Source: a virus
Lineage: Duplodnaviria; Caudoviricetes
Strand: one strand, 5' to 3'
IMG/VR virus record: IMGVR_UViG_3300017778_001401
Location: 1 to 27,491 of that record
DNA: 27,491 nucleotides
Translations under genes and position numbers: made by a program
Shown: in pieces, positions 16,441 to 23,873 of the stretch
Numbering within the stretch: position 1 is the first letter of the stretch
Layout: each line of letters begins with the position of its first letter
Notes under the pieces: generated by a model
Seen by the model: the letters and a program-made list of their open reading frames with translations, nothing else
Told to the model about the DNA's origin: nothing
Databases searched by the model: none

Positions 16441-16649
16441 TTGGCACGCTCCTTGAGCATTGCGTCTGCTATCAAGTAAGCGCGTTCTGAGTAATCACCA
16501 ACAAGTTGTTTATCGTCCTTATAAACAATAATTAAACTCTGCATAGCCAACCCCGCAAGGTGGTCTCGCATAGTCATGGCAGTTACCATGCCGCCGTTTT
16601 TGATATTCCATTCGGTGTACTCTCTTGATATTGTTGCGTTGTCTTTCAT
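16437..16649 (-). CDS. Conserved small phage protein (70 aa)
   Basis: MTMRDHLAGLAMQ...AYLIADAMLKER motif widespread in phage early genes. Confidence 0.75.
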   Translation of the reverse strand: MKDNATISREYTEWNIKNGGMVTAMTMRDHLAGLAMQSLIIVYKDDKQLVGDYSERAYLIADAMLKERAK

Positions 16650-16939
16650 TTTGTACCTTCTTCAATTGTGCCTAGATACCTATGCGCCTTGCTAGTAAGA
16701 CTATAGAACTTTTGACGATTGTCTTTACCGTCTTTGATGGACAAATACCCATGCTCACGTAGCCACATAAGCGATGAATGCGCAGTGCTACGAGATGTAA
16801 TTTTATGCGTGTCCACCGACAATGAAATAGCCGCCATGATGTTGATGCCATTGTGTAGTACCAACATGTCCATGATGAGCTCGGCAGGCAACGGCATTCT
16901 AGTTGCCGCTCGTTTTCTAAACCACTTCAATGGTCTCAT
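16646..16939 (-). CDS. MarR-like winged-helix DNA-binding protein (97 aa)
   Basis: SRSTAHSSLMWLREHGYL...DNRQKFYSLTSKA winged-helix pattern. AGGAAG RBS before ATG 16939 (GTG 16945 is an alternative). Confidence 0.65.
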   Translation of the reverse strand: MRPLKWFRKRAATRMPLPAELIMDMLVLHNGINIMAAISLSVDTHKITSRSTAHSSLMWLREHGYLSIKDGKDNRQKFYSLTSKAHRYLGTIEEGTK

Positions 16940-17099
16940 TTTCACTTCCTTCTAGTTGATCAAGCAAATGCTGAACGGCCTCTTCTTGGGTGGAGCCATA
17001 ACCCAAAGGATCACCAAGATCCCAACTGTCGACGTAAGCCTCGTAATCAAAATTGCAAAATGGTACGGGCTTGGGGTCATACGTTACTTTAACTTTCAT
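16917..17099 (-). CDS. Hypothetical protein (60 aa)
   Basis: AAGGAG RBS and ATGA overlap. DYEAYVDSWDLGDPLGYGSTQEEA. Confidence 0.7.
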   Translation of the reverse strand: MKVKVTYDPKPVPFCNFDYEAYVDSWDLGDPLGYGSTQEEAVQHLLDQLEGSENETIEVV

Positions 17100-17305
17100 T
17101 TGTTTAACTCCTTAAAACGAATAATTGCCCACTCTACGGCTTCGTGAAAACACTCACGATACTCACGATCCCAGTCATGCGCATGATCATCAATTTCAAT
17201 TTCATCGATATCCACCCATACGCGGCTTTGTGGCTCTGTAAACCCAGGAATGGAATGCTTATCCATCACGTCCTGCAGGTCTTGAAAAAAGTCTTTAACT
17301 TTCAT
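17096..17305 (-). CDS. Acidic hypothetical protein (69 aa)
   Basis: GGAG RBS before ATG 17305 (MKVKDFFQDL). Confidence 0.65.
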   Translation of the reverse strand: MKVKDFFQDLQDVMDKHSIPGFTEPQSRVWVDIDEIEIDDHAHDWDREYRECFHEAVEWAIIRFKELNK

Positions 17306-17588
17306 GGTGTGTACTCCACTCCAATGCTTGAAGCTTGCTAATACGAATGTCAATGCCTACGATCTTGTTGGCGCATTCTTTTTTGGCTTTGTCTTTTTGC
17401 GCTTCCAATGCTGCTATTTGCTGTGCGGTAGGGTCATAGTTATCCGGAACATCAACCTCGATTGCTTTCTCGCATACAAATGTGCGAGTCTCATCATCAT
17501 CAACTCTAAATGGCACCACCACATAGCTGCCTTGCTCTTGAAAAGAGTATTTCTGGAAATAAATAAATGTTGTAGCGTTAATTTTCAT
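17295..17588 (-). CDS. Hypothetical protein with C-terminal coiled coil (97 aa)
   Basis: AAGGTG RBS. PDNYDPTAQQIAALEAQK...RISKLQALE. Confidence 0.7.
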   Translation of the reverse strand: MKINATTFIYFQKYSFQEQGSYVVVPFRVDDDETRTFVCEKAIEVDVPDNYDPTAQQIAALEAQKDKAKKECANKIVGIDIRISKLQALEWSTHHES

Positions 17589-17598
17589 GATTACACCT

Positions 17599-17754
17599 TT
17601 AGGTTAAATTAATGTGCCTTGCTGAGACTGGTATGTAACCATACTTTTTCCACTCCATTCTGATAAGTGGGCTATACGAGGTCTTGCTTTTGTCTGCGTT
17701 TGCCAATGCGCTGTGAGTTTGGCTGCGAACTTTATAAATTTCACGTTTAGTCAT
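17599..17754 (-). CDS. Small basic protein (51 aa), not in ORF track
   Basis: MTKREIYKVRSQTHSALANADKSKTSYSPLIRMEWKKYGYIPVSARHINLT*. TAAGGA RBS, overlaps the upstream stop. Confidence 0.65.
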   Translation of the reverse strand: MTKREIYKVRSQTHSALANADKSKTSYSPLIRMEWKKYGYIPVSARHINLT

Positions 17755-18043
17755 TTTGGTTCCTTAAAAGACCTTTGAGTTGAATGCCACTTACCAATGC
17801 TTGCCCAGGACGGACAGGATAGGTGAACATAGGAATGTTGCGTACACCTATGTTGTGCACGATCTGATTGTGACGAAGATCATAGACATACAGATCATCA
17901 TCATTAATAGATGCCTGAGCTGTAACAGCAGGTGCACGATTGACCATATAGTTATCGTACTGCTTGCTATATTCTTGCTCGGCCTTGGCAACTAAACGTT
18001 GTGCCATGACATCTATCTCTTTTTTAAAAGAAGATTGTTTCAT
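17747..18043 (-). CDS. Hypothetical protein (98 aa)
   Basis: GGAG RBS and TAATG coupling. Confidence 0.65.
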   Translation of the reverse strand: MKQSSFKKEIDVMAQRLVAKAEQEYSKQYDNYMVNRAPAVTAQASINDDDLYVYDLRHNQIVHNIGVRNIPMFTYPVRPGQALVSGIQLKGLLRNQND

Positions 18044-18228
18044 TATGCAAGCTCCAATACTTGTTGAACAATCTCTATCTCGTAGCCAAGGGCTTTGATG
18101 TGCTTGAGTGTTTCACGAGTTAGTGTATATTGACGGGCAATGTCAGCAAAGATTTGAGCCGTACTATTGGCTGCATAAATTGTCTCTTTGCCGTAGACCT
18201 TTGTAATTCTGACCATTACTTTTTCCAT
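18043..18228 (-). CDS. Small conserved phage protein (61 aa), first gene of the leftward arm
   Basis: VYGKETIYAAN..AQIFA.IA...TLT...IKALGYEI. AGGA RBS downstream of promoter P3. Confidence 0.75.
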   Translation of the reverse strand: MEKVMVRITKVYGKETIYAANSTAQIFADIARQYTLTRETLKHIKALGYEIEIVQQVLELA

Positions 18229-18237
18229 GATAGTTCC

Positions 18238-18306
18238 TAGTAGTTTAGAAGGTTAGTGTGCCTGAGCACAGTTGCATTGTACACATATTTTTAATGTCTG
18301 ACACTA
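18238..18306 (-). promoter_or_regulatory. Leftward promoter P3 and leader
   Basis: GTGTCA (18299-18304)-N17-TACAAT (18276-18281), hairpin TGTGC-TCAG-GCACA at 18257-18270 and CTTCTAAACTACTA at 18238-18251. Confidence 0.7.
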
Positions 18307-18349
18307 TTTTGCAAAAATTTTTTATTTTTTAATATTTTTTTACGCAGCC

Positions 18350-18422
18350 TGTTTACTTCATTGCAGACGGTGTACAATGCACATGTGGCAACACACTAAC
18401 CCTCTAAATCTCTTAACTTCTG
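18350..18422 (+). promoter_or_regulatory. Rightward promoter P4 and leader
   Basis: TGTTTACT (18350-18357)-N15-TACAAT (18373-18378), TGTG-GCAA-CACA hairpin at 18384-18395 and an upstream A/T tract. Confidence 0.72.
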
Positions 18423-18442
18423 TATTCACAAAGGACATCAAA

Positions 18443-19429
18443 ATGGCACACGAAATCGACACATCCAAAGGCTTTGCAGCAATGGCCTATATCGGCAGCG
18501 CCCCATGGCACGGCCTAGGTCAGGTCATGGCCAAAGGCGCCAGCATCGAGCAATGGCAAACCGCGGCCGGTATGGACTTCTCCATTCAGGAAACCCCTGT
18601 GTATTACAAGTCTCACGAGGACAATGTATATGCCATGGACAAAGTGGCAGGCAAGAAGGTCTTGGTCCGCTCTGACACACGGAAGGCCCTTGCCGTCGTA
18701 AGCAAGAAGTATCAGGTAGTTCAACCCCAGGAAGTCTTGGAGTTTTACCGTGCCCTCACGGCTAAAGCAGGGTTTGACATGGAAACGGCCGGCGTGCTTC
18801 GGGGTGGTACAAAGTACTGGGCATTGGCTAGCATGGGCCAAGAGGCCAAGGTGCTTGATGACACCATTAAAGGCTATTTATTACTAGGCACTGCATGTGA
18901 TGGCAGCATGGCAACGACGGCAATGTTCACCTCGGTCCGTGTAGTATGCAATAACACGCTAGGTTTTGCAATGCAGGAAGCTGAAGGCAAGACCAAGCAT
19001 GTGGTACGCGTTAGTCATCGGTCCGTGTTTGATGAGGCTGCGGTTAAAACACAACTCGGTATTGCCGCCACTTCATGGGATAGTTTCATACGGTCGGTAG
19101 AGACCTGGTCCTCAGTAGGTGTTAATAGTGACCAAGCCAAGCAGTATTTTGATAGCATTGCTTCTTATCAGACCACGGATGGTGATGTAGTGGTAAGCAA
19201 GAAAACGACAGAGAGGCTTATGGCTTTGTTCAATGGGCAAGGCAAGGGCAGCGAGCTCTCATCAGCTAAGGGGACAGTCTGGGGATTGGTCAATGCGGTA
19301 ACTGAGTTTGTAGACCATCACCGTGGTCGTACATCCGATGTTCGTATTGACCGTGCATGGTTTGGTGACGGCCAAGCCATTAAGCTTACAGCAACTGCCT
19401 TAGCCGATGATCTAGTTGCAGCAATATAA
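18443..19429 (+). CDS. DUF932 / phage-plasmid-like protein (328 aa)
   Basis: MAHEID...PWHGLG, YQVVQPQE, ETAGVLRGG, DGSMAT...SVRVVCNNTL, GTVWGLVNAVTEFVDH and WFG motifs. AAGGA RBS before ATG 18443. Confidence 0.88.
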   Translation: MAHEIDTSKGFAAMAYIGSAPWHGLGQVMAKGASIEQWQTAAGMDFSIQETPVYYKSHEDNVYAMDKVAGKKVLVRSDTRKALAVVSKKYQVVQPQEVLEFYRALTAKAGFDMETAGVLRGGTKYWALASMGQEAKVLDDTIKGYLLLGTACDGSMATTAMFTSVRVVCNNTLGFAMQEAEGKTKHVVRVSHRSVFDEAAVKTQLGIAATSWDSFIRSVETWSSVGVNSDQAKQYFDSIASYQTTDGDVVVSKKTTERLMALFNGQGKGSELSSAKGTVWGLVNAVTEFVDHHRGRTSDVRIDRAWFGDGQAIKLTATALADDLVAAI

Positions 19430-19432
19430 TCG

Positions 19433-19466
19433 AAAAAAAGGCCCTTGGCGGTAACCTAGGGCCTTT
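19433..19466. terminator. Stem-loop, probable intrinsic terminator (stronger on the - strand)
   Basis: AAAGGCCCTTGG-CGGTAA-CCTAGGGCCTTT. A7 on the left gives a U7 tract on the - strand; only T3 follows on the + strand. Confidence 0.55.
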
Positions 19467-19493
19467 AAAGACAACTGCTAAAGGAAATACGCT

Positions 19494-21593
19494 ATGTCAA
19501 TGGGATTCGCATCTCATATAACACAACCGCCTCAATTATACGACACATTTCTTAAGAATAGACAGTTCACGGACCAAGACAGCCAAATACTTGGTCTTGA
19601 ATTGCTTGACAAAGACACGACCAAGGTATTGCTTGGCCACACCAATGAGTGGTCAATCAAAATACCGTACTTTGACGTAGATGGCAAAGATACAGGGTTT
19701 GTTCGCGTTAGGCTGTTAGTGCCTAAGACTAAGATGAAGTATTCGCAGGCAAGAGCCAGCGGCTCACACATTTACTTTTCACCCACTGTTAGTTGGCGCC
19801 CTATACTTATCAATGTTGACATACCGCTGATCATCACCGAGGGCGAATTTAAAGCATGGGCCATTACCAAGGCAATACAAGCCGAGGGACTGGTCCATTC
19901 TTGTATTGGCTTGGCAGGTGTGACTAGTTGGACAAGCAAGAGTGGCACGCACCTACACCCTGATCTAATGCAGTTCATGTGGCAAAAGAAAACCAGCTTT
20001 GACACCAAGCATCGGCAAGTTTTCATTGTCTTTGACTATGACGGAGCCAAAGAAGACGGTGAGCCAAATGAGCAGGTTGCTTTAGCTGAGACTAAGCTAG
20101 CCATTACGCTTCGTGGCCTCGGGGCTGAAGTGCATTTGTGCCGTGTAGGGCGGTTTGGCCCAGGTAAGGGCAAGAAGTTTGCCATTGACGACCACCTACA
20201 GGCTAATTGCAGTCTTGGCAGCGTATTGGCTAGCACGTCGGTCATTATGAACGGCATTGACACGTTGGATGTAAAGCTGCATGAGTTTAGCACTAAGTAT
20301 GCATTGTTTAATGGCGATGTGATTCGAATTGATGATGGTCACATCATGCCGTTTCATAAAGCAAAGATTGATAGTGCCCAGCATATTTTCATGCAGACCA
20401 CTATGGTTCCGGGGCGTGCCAACCAGCCGCCAAGACCAGTCACACGAGAGATCACATTGCTTGAGGAGTACAAGAAATGGCGCAAACGGTGCGACATTCG
20501 CAAAGTTGGCGTGTTTCCGCACTATCAAGGGCTGAAGATCACGCCTGAGGGTTGCTATAACTACTTAAGTACTTGGAGCCATGAGCCTATTGTCGGTGAT
20601 GCTCAGCTATATTTAAACTTTTGCGGCTATTTCTTTCGTGATGAGCCGGCATTTGCTGAGTACTGGCATGACTGGGTTGCCAATGTTGTGCAATTTCCGC
20701 ATAGACGGAATAACACAACTCCGCAGTTCGTGTCTAGTGTTGAAGGCATTGGCAAGTCGGCCGTTGCCGAGTTTATAGCCGAGATGCTTGGCCTCGGTGA
20801 GAATGCACCAGCCATCATCATCGGACCGGATGAGCTGTTTGGCAACTTTAACGGCATTTTTAAGAACAAGATTCTAATTGTGATTAATGAGCCAAGCAGT
20901 GACCGCGAAGACCACTCAGCTCAGCTTAAGAGCATGATCACAGGCAAGGAGATTGCCATCAACAACAAATACGGGGCACAGTACAACATTGAAAACTTCA
21001 TGAACTTCATATTCACTAGCAATAAGCCGTATATCACTAAGATGGGCAACAATGCTAGGCGTGAAGCCATCTACAAGCCAACCAGCCTGACTAATGACGA
21101 GACGCACCCATTGGTCGTAAACTTAATGGCCTGGGCACGGTCTGAGCAAGGCTTTGGCAAGGCGCTTAACTGGTACTACAACCGAGACATCAGTCAGTTT
21201 GACCCATCAAAACCTGCCCCAGATACTAAGTACAAACAAACGGCAATACAAGCGGCAAGAAGCCCAATGGAAGCATTTGCCAAAGATCTATCCGACTGGA
21301 CTATAGAAAATCTGGACGGATTGGCGGCATTTACTACTGCGCACCTTGAGCTGCTATGCGAGAGATGGGGCCATGAGTCAAGGCCAAGAGCCCAGTATAT
21401 TAAGAAAGCGTTACTAAACTATGCCGACGTTGAGTCAACATCCACCTCGATTGGTGGCAAAACGGCTAGACTAACTTTGGTCAAAATTACAAAACACAAA
21501 GGCAAAACTATAGATCTGACTAAACATGGCGCTATGACAGGGCTAGCAAGTGCTACAGACTTGGCTGTTAGAGGTGAAATTGAGCATAGCTAA
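19494..21593 (+). CDS. Primase-helicase: N-terminal TOPRIM (DUF3854-like), C-terminal SF3-type helicase (DUF5906-like); 699 aa
   Basis: ITEGEFKA and VFDYD TOPRIM motifs, SVEGIGKS Walker A, IVINE Walker B, LKSMITG..I.IN.KY and FIFTSN. Confidence 0.85.
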   Translation: MSMGFASHITQPPQLYDTFLKNRQFTDQDSQILGLELLDKDTTKVLLGHTNEWSIKIPYFDVDGKDTGFVRVRLLVPKTKMKYSQARASGSHIYFSPTVSWRPILINVDIPLIITEGEFKAWAITKAIQAEGLVHSCIGLAGVTSWTSKSGTHLHPDLMQFMWQKKTSFDTKHRQVFIVFDYDGAKEDGEPNEQVALAETKLAITLRGLGAEVHLCRVGRFGPGKGKKFAIDDHLQANCSLGSVLASTSVIMNGIDTLDVKLHEFSTKYALFNGDVIRIDDGHIMPFHKAKIDSAQHIFMQTTMVPGRANQPPRPVTREITLLEEYKKWRKRCDIRKVGVFPHYQGLKITPEGCYNYLSTWSHEPIVGDAQLYLNFCGYFFRDEPAFAEYWHDWVANVVQFPHRRNNTTPQFVSSVEGIGKSAVAEFIAEMLGLGENAPAIIIGPDELFGNFNGIFKNKILIVINEPSSDREDHSAQLKSMITGKEIAINNKYGAQYNIENFMNFIFTSNKPYITKMGNNARREAIYKPTSLTNDETHPLVVNLMAWARSEQGFGKALNWYYNRDISQFDPSKPAPDTKYKQTAIQAARSPMEAFAKDLSDWTIENLDGLAAFTTAHLELLCERWGHESRPRAQYIKKALLNYADVESTSTSIGGKTARLTLVKITKHKGKTIDLTKHGAMTGLASATDLAVRGEIEHS

Positions 21594-21790
21594 CCAAAGT
21601 TACGGTCAAAGTTACTTATAAATTACGTTAAAAGAGCTTGATAAACCATTGATTTGTATAGTGTATTTAGTCTATTATTACAATATTACATTATTACTTA
21701 TAGAGAGTATAGTATAAATATAGAGTATATATATGCACATCGTATATACACTCTTTTGAACATGTAATTTTGTAATTTGTAATTTTGACC
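21479..21790. other. Putative replication origin (AT-rich, oriented TTAC iteron-like repeats)
   Basis: 15-bp perfect inverted repeat GGTCAAAATTACAAA (21479-21493 / 21776-21790). TTAC repeats on the left, GTAATT x3 on the right, AT-rich core, directly after the primase-helicase. Confidence 0.6.
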
Positions 21791-21794
21791 TGTT

Positions 21795-21832
21795 TAGTGT
21801 GCGGTCTAGCCAGAAGTAGTACAATCTTGACA
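21795..21832 (+). promoter_or_regulatory. Putative promoter for a leaderless terS mRNA
   Basis: TACAAT at 21820-21825 places +1 on the A of ATG 21832. No SD upstream. Confidence 0.5.
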
Positions 21833-22281
21833 TGACTACACTTGTTAAGAAACCCGTAGGTCGTCCGTCTAAATACGATCCTTCATATTGCGATCAAGCA
21901 GTAGAGTGGGGCAGACAAGGCTATAGTCGTGAGATGATCGCAGCCGAGCTTGACGTTGCTTGGACTACGCTTGTAGGCTGGACTGAAACAAACCCAGATT
22001 TTCAAACGGCCTTAGAAAAAGCTAAGACATTAGAGATGGCGTTCTTTGAAAAAGTGGCGCTTAATCACATGATTGAGAAGCCTCAGGGCGATCGTTTAAA
22101 CTCAGCGCTGTGGTCTCGGTCCATGGCAGCTCGGTTCCCTACTAAGTATCGCGAAAACTCTAAGCTTGAAGTCACTGGTAAGAATGACGGTGCCGTTCAA
22201 GTTGACGTTATGCATGACTTTGCGCAATCATTGATGGACGACTTGTTGGCGTCAAGGCAAAACGACGGCAAGAACGCTTAA
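21832..22281 (+). CDS. terS: Terminase small subunit (149 aa)
   Basis: GRPSKYDPSYC, HTH (GYSREMIAAELDVAWTTLVGW), PDFQTAL and EVTGKNDGAV. Upstream of TerL. Confidence 0.85.
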   Translation: MTTLVKKPVGRPSKYDPSYCDQAVEWGRQGYSREMIAAELDVAWTTLVGWTETNPDFQTALEKAKTLEMAFFEKVALNHMIEKPQGDRLNSALWSRSMAARFPTKYRENSKLEVTGKNDGAVQVDVMHDFAQSLMDDLLASRQNDGKNA

Positions 22282-22294
22282 CGAAAGGGCTAAC

Positions 22295-22465
22295 ATGGCT
22301 AAACCACCGGGCTTATGGGCAAACATACATGCAAAGCAAGATCGCATAAAAGCCGGATCTGGCGAACGCATGCGCAAGCCGGGCGCCAAAGGCGCACCGA
22401 CAGCTAAAGACCTTAGAGTGTCTGCTAAGCCGGCTAAGAAGAGTGCTAAATCCGACAATCGCTGA
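22295..22465 (+). CDS. Small basic conserved phage protein (56 aa), not in ORF track
   Basis: MAKPPGLWANIHAKQDRIKAGSGERMRKPGAKGAPTAKDLRVSAKPAKKSAKSDNR*. AAAGGG RBS. Confidence 0.75.
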   Translation: MAKPPGLWANIHAKQDRIKAGSGERMRKPGAKGAPTAKDLRVSAKPAKKSAKSDNR

Positions 22466-23873
22466 ACAGTTTGCCGAGCGCATTAAGGCTGGGCCTAACT
22501 TAAACTTAGCATCGCCTGAATGGAAAGCGGCGCTTAAAGCTCGCACCAAGTGGCTATTACACCAAGCAAGTCCGCACCAAATTACGCCTAAGGGCGATTG
22601 GTGGACTATTTGGCTATTGCTGGCAGGCCGTGGTGCTGGTAAGACAAGATGCGCCGCTGAGTGGCTATGGTGGGAAGCTTGGACACAGCCAAAGACGCGC
22701 TGGTTGATCTCGGCGCCAACATCCGGCGATGTGCGCGATGTGTGTATTGAGGGTGATTCAGGGCTGATGAATGTTATTCCTGAACAGCTTGTTGATAACT
22801 ACAATAAGTCACAGCATGAGATCACTTTAGTCAATGGGTCAATACTTAAAGGCATTGCCGCATCTGAGCCCGAACGTTTTCGTGGCCCACAGTTTCACGG
22901 CGGCTGGTGCGATGAGCTAGCAGCTTGGCACTATCTTGACGAAGCATGGGACATGTTGCAATTTGGCATGCGTCTTGGCAAACGGCCTAAGATCATTTGC
23001 ACCACAACGCCTAAGCCAAAGCCTTTGATCATTGACCTTGTCAACCGCGACGGGCAAGACGTTATCTACAAAACAGCCACTACGTTTGACAACCTTCAAA
23101 ACTTGGCGCCTACTTTTAAACAACAGATACTGCAATATGAAGGCACTACACTTGGGCGGCAAGAGATCTATGCCGAGATTATTGATCCCGAAGAATCCGG
23201 CATTGTTAAACGCGCATGGTTCAACTTGTGGCCCAATGACAAGCCGTTGCCAAGATTCGAGTACGTTGTGCAGTCTTATGATTGCGCCACCAGCGACAAG
23301 ACAAAGAACGACCCAACTGCCTGCACTGTTTGGGGCATCTTTAAGCCAAGCCCTGACAAAAAGATGGCTGTAATGCTCATTGATTGTTGGGAAGAGTACA
23401 TGCAGTACCCAGACCTTCGGCCTCGAGTCATTGAAGAAGCCTCGTCCATCTACGGCGATGACAACGAGTTTGGCAGCGGCAAGAAGGTTGACCTGATTCT
23501 GATTGAGGACAAGTCCGCGGGCATAAGCCTAATACAAGACTTACAGCGTGCAGGACTACCTGTCAGAAGCTACAACCCAGGAATGGCGGACAAGATGATG
23601 CGGCTTAATATAGTATCGCCGATCATTCAAAAAGGGCGTGTCTATGTGCCTGAGTCGACCAAGAACGAGGGCATGGCAAGAGACTGGGCCGAGATACTGA
23701 TAGCTCAGATCTGTGCATTTCCTGAAGTGCGCCATGATGACTTGGTAGACTCGACCACACAAGCCTTGCGTATTTTGCGCGATCTTGGATTCTTGAACAT
23801 CGATCCGGAGTATGATCCTGACGACTCGTATGACGATGATCGACCTAAGAGGGTGAACCCATATGGCGTATGA
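22443..23873 (+). CDS. terL: Terminase large subunit (476 aa)
   Basis: AGRGAGKT Walker A, WCDE Walker B, TTTPKP, and nuclease motifs SYDCA, IEDKSAG and HDDLVDSTTQA. Confidence 0.95.
   Translation: MLNPTIAEQFAERIKAGPNLNLASPEWKAALKARTKWLLHQASPHQITPKGDWWTIWLLLAGRGAGKTRCAAEWLWWEAWTQPKTRWLISAPTSGDVRDVCIEGDSGLMNVIPEQLVDNYNKSQHEITLVNGSILKGIAASEPERFRGPQFHGGWCDELAAWHYLDEAWDMLQFGMRLGKRPKIICTTTPKPKPLIIDLVNRDGQDVIYKTATTFDNLQNLAPTFKQQILQYEGTTLGRQEIYAEIIDPEESGIVKRAWFNLWPNDKPLPRFEYVVQSYDCATSDKTKNDPTACTVWGIFKPSPDKKMAVMLIDCWEEYMQYPDLRPRVIEEASSIYGDDNEFGSGKKVDLILIEDKSAGISLIQDLQRAGLPVRSYNPGMADKMMRLNIVSPIIQKGRVYVPESTKNEGMARDWAEILIAQICAFPEVRHDDLVDSTTQALRILRDLGFLNIDPEYDPDDSYDDDRPKRVNPYGV

Noticed and set aside
7693-19429. 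Longer track starts for NDT (8190), VRR-NUC (10211), dCMP deaminase (14329), the HTH gene (15495) and DUF932 (18377)
   Set aside because: They run through hairpins, promoters or upstream genes. The downstream ATGs have RBSs or stop/start coupling and match family N-termini.
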